DNA of 64,000 nt from Lachnospiraceae bacterium (GTDB lineage Bacteria > Bacillota > Clostridia > Lachnospirales > Lachnospiraceae): positions 5,676 through 69,675 of the forward strand of contig JAFLSZ010000002.1 in assembly GCA_022510665.1 (NCBI GenBank), read 5' to 3'. The position numbers and the translations under genes were made by a program. The notes below the pieces were generated by a model, which ran no database searches, had not been told where the DNA came from, and worked only from the letters and a program-made list of their open reading frames with translations. Of this stretch, positions 10,293 through 18,935 are shown piece after piece (positions within the stretch are counted from its first letter, which is position 1; the number at the start of each line of letters is the position of its first letter).

Positions 10293-10321
10293 AGTATAGC
10301 TTAGCCGACGGATAATTTCAA
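10293..10321 (-). promoter_or_regulatory. Sigma-A type promoter candidate for the zinc-ribbon protein gene
   Basis: On the minus strand: TTGAAA (10321-10316), 17 nt spacer, TATACT (10298-10293). Confidence 0.5.
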
Positions 10322-10435
10322 GCACTATTCCGGCATGTGTTTCCGCATCAAGTTGTTCCGGCGGATTCTTTACGGAAACGGTAAAGTGTGTTATACTTAT
10401 ATGCGTTTGGAAAATGCTCTTTAAGGAGGATGATT

Positions 10436-12370
10436 ATGGCAGAACAACAGACAGTTATGCGGAAATTGGCACTTTCTGACGAAATTCTGCTTTCAGTTGA
10501 AAAGCCGGCGCGCTATATCGGCGGAGAAGTAAATATGGCAGTGAAGAATCCGAGGGACGTGGATATTCGTTTTTGTATGTGTTTCCCTGATGTGTACGAA
10601 GTCGGAATGTCCCATCTCGGCATTCAGATTTTATATGATATGTTTAACAGGCGGGAAGATACCTACTGTGAACGGGTATATTCCCCATGGCCGGATTTGG
10701 ACAAGCTGCTGCGGGAAAAGAATATTCCGCTGTTTGCCTTAGAATCGCAGGAACCGATAAAAGAGTTTGATTTTTTAGGCATTACGCTGCAGTATGAAAT
10801 GTGCTATACGAATATTTTACAGGTTTTAGACCTCGCGGGAATACCGTTACACGCAAAAGACCGTACGCAGGACGACCCGATTGTAATCGGAGGAGGACCC
10901 TGCGCGTACAACCCGGAACCGCTTGCGGATTTCTTTGATTTCTTTTATCTGGGAGAGGGTGAAACCGCTTATTATGAGATTTTGGATAAATATAAGGCAC
11001 ATAAAAAGCGGGGAGGCAGCCGTAGGGAGTTTTTGGAGGAAGTTGCCGAAATAGAGGGTATGTATGTGCCGCAGTTTTACGAAGTGTCCTACCATGAGGA
11101 CGGTACTCTTGCCTCTTTTGGACCGACAAATCCCCACGCAAAGCGCGTAATCCGCAAGCAGGTAGAGATGTCGCTTTCCGATACCTTTTATCAGGAGAAG
11201 CCGCTTGTGCCATATATCCGCGCCATTCAGGACCGCGTAGTTTTGGAAATCCAGCGCGGATGTATCCGCGGATGCCGTTTTTGTCAGGCCGGAATGCTTT
11301 ACCGCCCGATTCGCGAACGGAACGTGGAGTATTTAAAAGAGCTTGCAGAGAAAATGCTCCGTTCCACCGGACATGAGGAAATTTCGCTTTCTTCGCTGAG
11401 TTCGAGCGATTATTCCTGCCTGAAGGAGCTGGTATATTTTTTAATAGATAACTTCCAGAAGGACGGAGTGAATATATCCCTGCCGTCCCTTAGAATCGAC
11501 GCGTTCGCGCTGGATGTTATGAATAAAGTACAGGATATTACGAAGTCCAGCCTGACGTTTGCGCCGGAGGCGGGAAGCCAGCGGATGCGTAATGTAATTA
11601 ACAAAGGCCTGACGAAAGAGGATATTTTAAACGGCGCGTCCGAAGCGTTTCGCGGCGGCTGGAACAAGGTAAAGCTTTACTTTATGCTTGGCCTTCCGAC
11701 GGAAAACGAGGAGGATATCCGTGAAATTGCGGCGCTTTCCGACGATATCGCAAAGACATATTATGATACGGTGCCAAAGTCCGAACGGCACGGAAAAGTA
11801 CAGATTACGACAAGTACATCGTTTTTTGTGCCGAAGCCTTTTACACCGTTTCAGTGGGTACGCATGGATACCGTCGGGGAGTTTTCGGCAAAGCAAAAGA
11901 TTTTGGCCGCGGCAATTAAGGAGCAGTTAAACGCGAAAAGCATCAAATACAACTGGCACGATACCGATATCACAATGTTGGAAGGAGTCTTTGCGAGAGG
12001 CGACCGGAGGTGTGCCGCGCTGTTGGAAGGCGCCTATAAAGACGGCTGTATGTTCGATTCGTGGTCGGAGTTTTTCCGCGGCGATATCTGGCAGAAACAG
12101 TTTGAAAAGACGGGGCTTTCCATGGAGTTTTACACTTCAAGGGAACGTGCCGCAGACGAGTTGTTTCCGTGGGATTTTATTGATGCCGGAATTACGAAAG
12201 AGTTTTTATACCGCGAGTATGAAAAGAGCAAAGAGGCGGTTGTCACCCCGAACTGCCGTAAAAGCTGTGCCGGATGCGGCGCGAAGCAGTTCCACGGCGG
12301 CGTGTGCTACGAGCCGCGCGGGGAGTCGGGAGAAGTGATACAAAAGGAACATCTGGTTGCGGACTGTTAA
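10436..12370 (+). CDS. Radical SAM protein (B12-binding-like N-domain plus radical SAM core; TIGR03960-type)
   Basis: Cx3Cx2C in 'CIRGCRFCQAG'. Length and architecture match the family that pairs with DUF2344. AGGAGG lies 6 nt before ATG 10436. Confidence 0.8.
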   Translation: MAEQQTVMRKLALSDEILLSVEKPARYIGGEVNMAVKNPRDVDIRFCMCFPDVYEVGMSHLGIQILYDMFNRREDTYCERVYSPWPDLDKLLREKNIPLFALESQEPIKEFDFLGITLQYEMCYTNILQVLDLAGIPLHAKDRTQDDPIVIGGGPCAYNPEPLADFFDFFYLGEGETAYYEILDKYKAHKKRGGSRREFLEEVAEIEGMYVPQFYEVSYHEDGTLASFGPTNPHAKRVIRKQVEMSLSDTFYQEKPLVPYIRAIQDRVVLEIQRGCIRGCRFCQAGMLYRPIRERNVEYLKELAEKMLRSTGHEEISLSSLSSSDYSCLKELVYFLIDNFQKDGVNISLPSLRIDAFALDVMNKVQDITKSSLTFAPEAGSQRMRNVINKGLTKEDILNGASEAFRGGWNKVKLYFMLGLPTENEEDIREIAALSDDIAKTYYDTVPKSERHGKVQITTSTSFFVPKPFTPFQWVRMDTVGEFSAKQKILAAAIKEQLNAKSIKYNWHDTDITMLEGVFARGDRRCAALLEGAYKDGCMFDSWSEFFRGDIWQKQFEKTGLSMEFYTSRERAADELFPWDFIDAGITKEFLYREYEKSKEAVVTPNCRKSCAGCGAKQFHGGVCYEPRGESGEVIQKEHLVADC

Positions 12371-12385
12371 GAAGGAGACGGCGTT

Positions 12386-13186
12386 ATGAATGTCAGAATA
12401 CGTTTTGCAAAATACGGAACCGTAAAGTTTATCGGACATTTGGATGTGATGCGGTATTTTCAGAAAGCGGTACGCCGCGCGGGACTTGATATTGTATATT
12501 CCCAAGGGTATCACCCGCATCAGATTATGTCCTTTGCTTCGCCTTTGGGCGTTGGAATTACGAGCGATTCCGAATATATGGATATGGAGCTGTCGGGCGC
12601 TTTTTCGCCGGAAGAAGTGACAAAGAGGCTGAACGCGGCAATGGCGCAGGGGTTTGCCGTGACAGGCTGCCGGGTTCTTCCGGAACCGGAAAACGGCAGA
12701 AAAAGAGAAACGGCCATGTCTTTGATTACGGCGGCGGATTATCTTGTTTCGTATAAGGACGGATATGATTTTTTGCTGGACAAAGAGGAGTTTTACAAAC
12801 GTTTTGAGGCTTTCTGCGGACAGGATACGATTCCGGTCGTAAAGAACGTAAAAAAGTCCGGAACGCAGCAGGAGATGAATTTAAAAGAATTTTTATACGG
12901 CATCGGACGGGATAAGGAGGAGCTTCTTTCCAACACAAAAGAGGTAAAGCCGCCGAAAACCGTGACCGAAGCGTATGAAACCGAAGTTGTTTCCCGCGCG
13001 GAACGCTATGAAAACGGAAGGACGCTTGCCATGCGGCTTTCCGCGGGCAGTGCCAATAACGTCAAACCGGAACTTGTAACGGAAGCGTTTTGTAATGCCT
13101 GCGGCGCGCCGTATAATCCGTTTGCGTGGCAGATACACCGGCTGGATTTGTACGCGGGCGCGGCGCCGGATTTTGAGTCGCTATAA
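12386..13186 (+). CDS. Radical-SAM-associated protein (DUF2344 / TIGR03936-type)
   Basis: 'RIRFAKYGTVKFIGHLDVMRYFQKAVRRAGL' is the typical N-terminus of this family. Lies immediately downstream of the radical SAM gene. Confidence 0.75.
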   Translation: MNVRIRFAKYGTVKFIGHLDVMRYFQKAVRRAGLDIVYSQGYHPHQIMSFASPLGVGITSDSEYMDMELSGAFSPEEVTKRLNAAMAQGFAVTGCRVLPEPENGRKRETAMSLITAADYLVSYKDGYDFLLDKEEFYKRFEAFCGQDTIPVVKNVKKSGTQQEMNLKEFLYGIGRDKEELLSNTKEVKPPKTVTEAYETEVVSRAERYENGRTLAMRLSAGSANNVKPELVTEAFCNACGAPYNPFAWQIHRLDLYAGAAPDFESL

Positions 13187-13205
13187 GTTTTACGGGAGAA
13201 AGAAT

Positions 13206-14399
13206 ATGTATAAATTAGTCATTACAAAACGGAACTCTTTTGTTTTCTCCGTTGTATTTGACGAGTCGGACGGTCCGGTCGAAGTTTACGCGGAACCAAT
13301 AGATGCGCCGTCCCGTCTCGACAATATTTATCTGGGTCATGTAACCAATATAGTGAAAAACATTGATGCCGCTTTTATTGAAATCGAAGGCGGCTGTACC
13401 TGTTACTGTTCTTTGAAAGAGAAGACTTCTTATCTGTTTGGGCCGCACGCGAACGATGAGCGGCTGTGCATGGGAGATTATGTTCTGGTACAGGTGCGGC
13501 GGGAAGACATAAAGACAAAACAGCCTTCCGTTACCGGAAAGCTGCAGCTGGCAGGCAAGTATCTTGTATTGCTGCACGATACCAAAGGAGTGAAGATTTC
13601 CCATAAAGTAAAAAATAAAGAAGAGATTAACAGATTAAAAACCCTGTTTTCGAATTGTGAGAACGGAAATTACGGACTGATTGTGCGCACAAACGCGCTG
13701 CAGGCATCGGATGCCCGTTTAAAAGAGGAAGAAGAACGGCTGGCGGCGCTCTATAAAACAATCTGTGAGACCGGTATCCACAAAACAAAAGGAAGTCTGG
13801 TCTATCAAAGTTTTCCGTGGTATATTGACCTGCTGCGGGATGTTCCGTCTCAGGAACTGTCGGAAGTGATTACCGATGACGCGGCTCTCTTTTCAAAGAT
13901 ATCCGAATATGCGCGGCAGTTTCAGCCGGAGGATATGTCTAAGCTCAGGCTGTACACGGACGAATCTCTGTCGCTTTCTGCATTATATTCTTTGCAGAAG
14001 GTAGAAAAAGAGGCGCTTTCGAAAACGGTCTGGTTAAAGTCCGGCGCGTCGCTCATAATCGAACCGACGGAAACGATGACCGTGATTGACGTCAATACCG
14101 GTAAAGCAATTAACGGGAAAAAAGCGGGAGATGAGATGTTTTATAAAATCAATGAAGAAGCCGCCGCAGCCTGTATGAAACAAATCCGCCTGCGTAATCT
14201 GTCCGGCATGATTTTAATTGATTTTATCAATATGGAAAAAGAGGAATATAACGAAAGGCTCATGCAGCTTTTAAAGAAACTGGCGGAAAAGGACAGGATA
14301 CCGGTAACGGTTGTCGATATGACCGGTTTAAAGCTGGTGGAATTGACAAGAAAGAAAGTAAAAAAACCTCTGCATGAGGCACTTTTGTCAATTTCTTAA
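13206..14399 (+). CDS. rng: Ribonuclease G/E family endoribonuclease
   Basis: S1-like 'NIYLGHVTNIVKNIDAAFIEIEGG' and catalytic core 'IIEPTETMTVIDVNTGK'. Start placed at the internal ATG 13206 of ORF 13095..14399. Confidence 0.85.
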   Translation: MYKLVITKRNSFVFSVVFDESDGPVEVYAEPIDAPSRLDNIYLGHVTNIVKNIDAAFIEIEGGCTCYCSLKEKTSYLFGPHANDERLCMGDYVLVQVRREDIKTKQPSVTGKLQLAGKYLVLLHDTKGVKISHKVKNKEEINRLKTLFSNCENGNYGLIVRTNALQASDARLKEEEERLAALYKTICETGIHKTKGSLVYQSFPWYIDLLRDVPSQELSEVITDDAALFSKISEYARQFQPEDMSKLRLYTDESLSLSALYSLQKVEKEALSKTVWLKSGASLIIEPTETMTVIDVNTGKAINGKKAGDEMFYKINEEAAAACMKQIRLRNLSGMILIDFINMEKEEYNERLMQLLKKLAEKDRIPVTVVDMTGLKLVELTRKKVKKPLHEALLSIS

Positions 14400-14535
14400 A
14401 TCTATAAAAGATAGTTTTATGCGCAGATTGCACAAAAAATGTCTGTTAAACATTTAACACTGACATTTTCAAATTTTTCGTGATAAAATCAAAGTATGGT
14501 ATAGGTGTTTTTCCGAGAATTTGGAGGTGTAACAG

Positions 14536-15054
14536 ATGTTCAAAAAAGGAGATTATGTAATTTGCGGCAGCAACGGCATTTGTAAAGTGACAGACGTTAC
14601 GACGTTAAATATGGTAGATGCCCCGAAAGACCGGCTGTATTATATTTTTAAGCCGGTTTATTCCGAGTCCAGCACCGTCTACATTCCGGTAGATAATCAC
14701 AAAATTCCGCTGCGGGCGGCATTGTCTGAGCAGGAGGCACATGCACTGATTGGTAAAATCCCTTCGCTTGAATTGCTCTGGGTAGAGAATGAAAAGCAGC
14801 GGGAACTGATTTATAAAGAGTGCATGAAAAAGAATACCTGCGAGGATTATGTGCGGATTATTAAGACGCTGTATCTGCGGCGGCAGTCCCGTCTGTCGAA
14901 GGGAAAGAAAGTAATCGGCATTGACGAAAAGTATTTAAAGATGGCAGAGGATTATTTATACGGGGAATTAGCGGTTGCTCTGGGAATCGAAAAGCAGGGC
15001 GTGGAATCGTATATTAAGGAGGAAATCGGGAAAAGCAGGGAAACTTGTTATTGA
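14536..15054 (+). CDS. CarD/CdnL family transcriptional regulator
   Basis: N-terminal 'MFKKGDYVICGSNGICKVTDV' is a Tudor-like CarD_TRCF domain. Size is about 170 aa. Confidence 0.75.
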   Translation: MFKKGDYVICGSNGICKVTDVTTLNMVDAPKDRLYYIFKPVYSESSTVYIPVDNHKIPLRAALSEQEAHALIGKIPSLELLWVENEKQRELIYKECMKKNTCEDYVRIIKTLYLRRQSRLSKGKKVIGIDEKYLKMAEDYLYGELAVALGIEKQGVESYIKEEIGKSRETCY

Positions 15055-15079
15055 CATTTTTTAGGGGCGGGACTATAAT
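15051..15079 (+). promoter_or_regulatory. Consensus sigma-A promoter for ddh
   Basis: TTGACA (15051-15056, overlapping the carD-like stop), exactly 17 nt, then TATAAT (15074-15079). GGAGG RBS precedes ATG 15109. Confidence 0.7.
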
Positions 15080-15108
15080 AGGAGCATCTTTTTTTGGAGG
15101 AAAACGGC

Positions 15109-16092
15109 ATGAAAATAAGAATTGCAATCGCAGGGTACGGCAACCTTGGCCGTGGAGTGGAAAACGCAGTAAGTGCAGCAGATGATTGTGAGTTGACGGC
15201 TCTTTTTACAAGACGTGACCCTAAGAGCATTACGACGCGTACCGGAATCCCGGTGTATGCCATGGAAGATGCGGAAAAGATGAAAGATCAGATTGATGTT
15301 ATGATTTTGTGCGGCGGAAGCGCCAACGATTTGCCGGTACAGACACCGGAGTTTGCAAAGCATTTTAATGTAGTTGATAGCTTTGATACCCATGCCCGTA
15401 TTCCGGAGCATTTTGCGGCGGTAGACGCCGCCAGCAGACAGGCGAAAAAGGTCAGCATGATTTCGGTCGGATGGGACCCGGGTATGTTTTCGTTAAACCG
15501 CTGTTACGGACAGGCAATCCTGCCGAACGGTAAGGACTATACCTTTTGGGGACGCGGCGTAAGTCAGGGACATTCCGACGCAATCAGACGGATTCCGGGC
15601 GTTAAGGATGCAAAACAGTATACTATTCCTGTAGAAAGCGCTCTTGAAAGTGTCCGTGCCGGAGAAAACCCGGAGCTTTCTACCCGTGAAAAACATACAC
15701 GCGAATGTTTTGTTGTGGCAGAAGAAGGTGCGGACCTTGCCGCAATCGAAAAAGCAATCGTAACGATGCCGAATTATTTTTCGGATTATGATACAACGGT
15801 ACATTTTATTACGGAAGAGGAGTTAAAGCGGGAGCACAGCGGTATTCCGCACGGCGGTATGGTGTTCCGCTGCGGAAACACGGGCGCGGACAACGAAAAC
15901 CGTCACATTATCGAGTACCGTTTGCAGCTCGACTCGAATCCGGAGTTTACGGCAAGCGTACTGACCGCTTACGCGAGAGCGGTATACCGTCTCGCAAAGG
16001 AAGGACAGTACGGCTGCAAGACCGTGTTGGATATTGCTCCGGCATACCTGCATCCGCAGACACCGGAGGAGTTACGGAAGAATTTATTGTAA
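15109..16092 (+). CDS. ddh: meso-diaminopimelate D-dehydrogenase
   Basis: 'MKIRIAIAGYGNLGRGVE' Rossmann N-terminus, and overall similarity to the Ddh family over about 327 aa. Confidence 0.85.
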   Translation: MKIRIAIAGYGNLGRGVENAVSAADDCELTALFTRRDPKSITTRTGIPVYAMEDAEKMKDQIDVMILCGGSANDLPVQTPEFAKHFNVVDSFDTHARIPEHFAAVDAASRQAKKVSMISVGWDPGMFSLNRCYGQAILPNGKDYTFWGRGVSQGHSDAIRRIPGVKDAKQYTIPVESALESVRAGENPELSTREKHTRECFVVAEEGADLAAIEKAIVTMPNYFSDYDTTVHFITEEELKREHSGIPHGGMVFRCGNTGADNENRHIIEYRLQLDSNPEFTASVLTAYARAVYRLAKEGQYGCKTVLDIAPAYLHPQTPEELRKNLL

Positions 16093-16118
16093 TTATTGTA
16101 TAAAACGTAAAAAACTGC

Positions 16119-16147
16119 TTGACATTAAATAGAAAGCATGCTATACT
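16119..16147 (+). promoter_or_regulatory. Sigma-A promoter of the rplU-prp-rpmA operon
   Basis: TTGACA (16119-16124), 17 nt, TATACT (16142-16147). Confidence 0.65.
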
Positions 16148-16149
16148 AG

Positions 16150-16244
16150 CCTAGTGTGCCGCACAACGAGGTTTAAGTTCTGCCTGTTTTTAAAGACATA
16201 GACAGACACCACAGTTGGCGAGTATTGTAAATAGGAGGTGCCAT
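16150..16244 (+). ncRNA. 5' leader of rplU, in the position of the Firmicute L21-leader motif (candidate only)
   Basis: An untranslated leader of about 95 nt lies between the promoter and the rplU ATG, with short hairpins (TGTGCCGCACA) and a T-run (CTGCCTGTTTTT). The family assignment rests on position and was not checked with a covariance model. Confidence 0.4.
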
Positions 16245-16553
16245 ATGTACGCAATCATTGCAACAGGTGGTAAACAATACAAAGTTGCCGAAGGCGACGT
16301 GATTAAGGTTGAAAAGCTCGGCGTAGAAGCCGGAAATACGGTTACGTTTGACCGTGTTCTTGCAGTAAACAACGGTTCCATGTCCGTAGGGAATCCGACC
16401 GTTGCCGGTGCTACCGTTTCCGCTACCGTAGTAGAGGAAGGAAAAGCGAAGAAAGTTATTGTTTATCGGTATAAGAGAAAGACCGGATACCATAAAAAGA
16501 ACGGTCACAGACAGGCTTATACCAAGGTTAAAATTGACAAGATCAATGCTTAG
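16245..16553 (+). CDS. rplU: 50S ribosomal protein L21
   Basis: '[18 protein letters not shown]'. AGGAGG RBS. Confidence 0.97.
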   Translation: MYAIIATGGKQYKVAEGDVIKVEKLGVEAGNTVTFDRVLAVNNGSMSVGNPTVAGATVSATVVEEGKAKKVIVYRYKRKTGYHKKNGHRQAYTKVKIDKINA

Positions 16554-16561
16554 TTATTGAT

Positions 16562-16909
16562 ATGATTACAGTTACATTTTATGCAAAGGAAATCGGGCAT
16601 AAAGTCAATACGGAGTCTATTACAGGGTTTCGCTCCGAAGGACATGCAAAGTTTGCCAGACACGGCAAAGATATTGTATGTGCCGCGGTGTCGGCTCTGG
16701 TAATGAACACCATGGATTCGATTCATACTTTTACCTCGGATGTGTTTTTTTATGACGTGGACGAAAAAAAAGGTATGGTCGAGTTCAAAATTACTTCCGC
16801 AGTCAGTCCCGAAGCAAATCTTTTACTGCGTTCCCTTTTGTTAGGGCTGGCAGGTATTCAGGATGAATACGGAGAAAAGTATTTACGCATTGTATTTCAG
16901 AATTCATAA
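16562..16909 (+). CDS. prp: Ribosomal-processing cysteine protease Prp (YsxB family)
   Basis: Located between rplU and rpmA. 'GHAKFARHGKDIVCAAVSAL' contains the His/Cys dyad region. Confidence 0.9.
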   Translation: MITVTFYAKEIGHKVNTESITGFRSEGHAKFARHGKDIVCAAVSALVMNTMDSIHTFTSDVFFYDVDEKKGMVEFKITSAVSPEANLLLRSLLLGLAGIQDEYGEKYLRIVFQNS

Positions 16910-16922
16910 GGAGGGATAGGTC

Positions 16923-17210
16923 ATGTTTAAGATGAACCTTCAATTTTTCGCTCATAAAAAGGGTGTAGGTTCCACGAAGAACGGCAGAGATTCCGAATCG
17001 AAGCGCCTTGGCGCTAAGCGTGCTGACGGTCAGTTTGTTCTTGCCGGCAACATTCTTTACAGACAGCGTGGAACAAAGATTCATCCGGGCGTTAATGTCG
17101 GCCGCGGCGGCGACGATACGTTATACGCACTGGTGGACGGTGTTTTAAGATTTGAAAGAAAGGGACGCGACAAAAAGCAGGCTTCCGTATATCCGGTAGA
17201 TGCCGAATAA
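16923..17210 (+). CDS. rpmA: 50S ribosomal protein L27 with N-terminal propeptide
   Basis: '[10 protein letters not shown]|[20 protein letters not shown]'. Confidence 0.97.
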   Translation: MFKMNLQFFAHKKGVGSTKNGRDSESKRLGAKRADGQFVLAGNILYRQRGTKIHPGVNVGRGGDDTLYALVDGVLRFERKGRDKKQASVYPVDAE

Positions 17211-17232
17211 GTTCCGATTTGTAAGAGACACG

Positions 17233-17277
17233 ATAAACCCTGAATTCTTTTTGTAATGAATTTAGGGTTTATTTTTT
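17233..17277 (+). terminator. Rho-independent terminator/attenuator between rpmA and obg
   Basis: ATAAACCCTGAATT ... AATTTAGGGTTTAT stem followed by TTTTTT. Confidence 0.75.
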
Positions 17278-17291
17278 AGGAGGCGAAAACG

Positions 17292-18581
17292 ATGTTTGCA
17301 GATAGAGCAGAGATTTTGATTCGTTCGGGAAAGGGAGGCGACGGAAACGTGAGTTTCCGCCGTGAACTTTTCGTTGCGGCGGGCGGTCCGAACGGCGGCG
17401 ACGGCGGAAAGGGCGGCGACATTATTTTTGAAGTGGACGAGGGGTTAAATACGTTATCCGACTATCGCTTTATCCGTAAATATTGTGCGGAAGACGGGCA
17501 GAACGGCGGTACGAATAACTGTACCGGACGCAACGGCGCTGACAAGATTCTGAAAGTGCCGGAAGGAACCGTCGTAAAGGAAAAGGAAACCGGCAAGGTC
17601 ATTACCGACATGTCCCACGGCAACCGCCGCGAAGTGATTTTAAAGGGCGGCAGAGGCGGCAAAGGAAACCAGCATTACGCCACGGCAACCATGCAGGTGC
17701 CTAAGTACGCGCAGCCGGGGCAGGATGCGCAGGAGCTGAACGTCATATTGGAGTTAAAAGTAATCGCGGACATAGGGCTGGTCGGCTTTCCGAATGTGGG
17801 AAAGTCCACCTTTTTGTCGCGTGTTACCAACGCCAGACCGAAGATTGCAAACTATCATTTTACCACCTTAAATCCGAATCTCGGTGTTGTGGATATGGAA
17901 AACGGCAACGGTTTTGTCATTGCGGACATTCCGGGACTGATTGAAGGAGCGTCCCAGGGCGTCGGGCTTGGACACGAGTTTTTGCGTCATGTGGAACGCA
18001 CCCGCGTCATTATTCATATTGTGGACGCAGCTTCAACTGAGGGACGGGACCCCGTTGAGGATATTAAGACAATTAACGCGGAGCTGGCGGCTTATGACCC
18101 GGCTTTGGCAAAAAAGCCGCAGATAATTGCCGCGAACAAGATTGATGTTATGCCTTCGGAGGAGGCAGAGGAAGCGGTTGCCCGCCTGCGTGAGGCGTTT
18201 GCAAAAGAAAATATTCCGATTTACGCCATTTCGGCGGTCAGCGGCAAAGGAGTCAGGGAGCTGTTATACGCGGTATCTGAGCTGCTGCGGGAAACTAAGG
18301 CAGCCCCGATTGTATTTGAACGGGAGTTTTCCTTAGATACGCTGACGCTCCCGAACGATCCGTTTACCGTAGAATATTCCGAAAAGGAAAAGCTTTATAT
18401 TGTAGAAGGTCCGCGGATTGAAAAGATGCTTGGTTATACGAATATTGATTCCGAAAAGGGATTTGAATTTTTCCAGAATTTCTTAAAAAACAACGGTATT
18501 TTGGAAGAACTGGAAGCACTTGGCATACAGGACGGCGACACCGTGCGTATGTACGGACTGCAATTTGATTATTATAAATAA
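17292..18581 (+). CDS. obg: GTPase Obg/CgtA
   Basis: Gly-rich Obg fold 'GGDGGKGGD', G1 'GFPNVGKST' and a C-terminal OCT domain. Confidence 0.95.
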   Translation: MFADRAEILIRSGKGGDGNVSFRRELFVAAGGPNGGDGGKGGDIIFEVDEGLNTLSDYRFIRKYCAEDGQNGGTNNCTGRNGADKILKVPEGTVVKEKETGKVITDMSHGNRREVILKGGRGGKGNQHYATATMQVPKYAQPGQDAQELNVILELKVIADIGLVGFPNVGKSTFLSRVTNARPKIANYHFTTLNPNLGVVDMENGNGFVIADIPGLIEGASQGVGLGHEFLRHVERTRVIIHIVDAASTEGRDPVEDIKTINAELAAYDPALAKKPQIIAANKIDVMPSEEAEEAVARLREAFAKENIPIYAISAVSGKGVRELLYAVSELLRETKAAPIVFEREFSLDTLTLPNDPFTVEYSEKEKLYIVEGPRIEKMLGYTNIDSEKGFEFFQNFLKNNGILEELEALGIQDGDTVRMYGLQFDYYK

Positions 18582-18592
18582 GAGAGGATACC

Positions 18593-18889
18593 ATGACGAC
18601 AAAACAGAGAGCATATTTAAAGGGGCTTGCCATGAATATTGATCCGATTTTTCAAATCGGAAAAGGCGGACTTACCACGGAATATCTGGAAAGTCTGGAA
18701 GAGGCTCTGGAGGCAAGGGAACTGATTAAGATTTCGGTACTGAAAAACTGTATGGATGACCCGAAAGAGCTTGCGTTTGCCATCGCGGAGAATACCGACG
18801 CGGAAGTTGTGCAGGTCATCGGAAAGAAGATTGTGCTTTATCGCAGAGCAAGGCAGCCGGAAAAGAGAAAAATCGAACTCCCGAAATAG
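18593..18889 (+). CDS. yhbY: YhbY/CRM-domain RNA-binding protein
   Basis: 'LKGLAMNIDPIFQIGKGGLT'. About 98 aa, in the conserved position before nadD. Confidence 0.85.
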   Translation: MTTKQRAYLKGLAMNIDPIFQIGKGGLTTEYLESLEEALEARELIKISVLKNCMDDPKELAFAIAENTDAEVVQVIGKKIVLYRRARQPEKRKIELPK

Positions 18890-18935
18890 CGGCGTGTCAG
18901 ACTGAGCCGCCTGACGCGGCAGAACGGAGCATATA

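Noticed and set aside
14445-14458. Palindrome GTTAAA-ca-TTTAAC just upstream of the carD-like promoter.
   Set aside because: It is short and AT-only in an AT-rich spacer. That is not enough to claim an operator without a matching regulator or further copies.
18890-18935. Imperfect hairpin (GCGTGTCAG...CTGACGCGC-like) between yhbY and nadD, as a possible terminator.
   Set aside because: It has a G-T wobble, a 10-nt loop and no U-tract. It is more likely neutral structure within a polycistronic mRNA.
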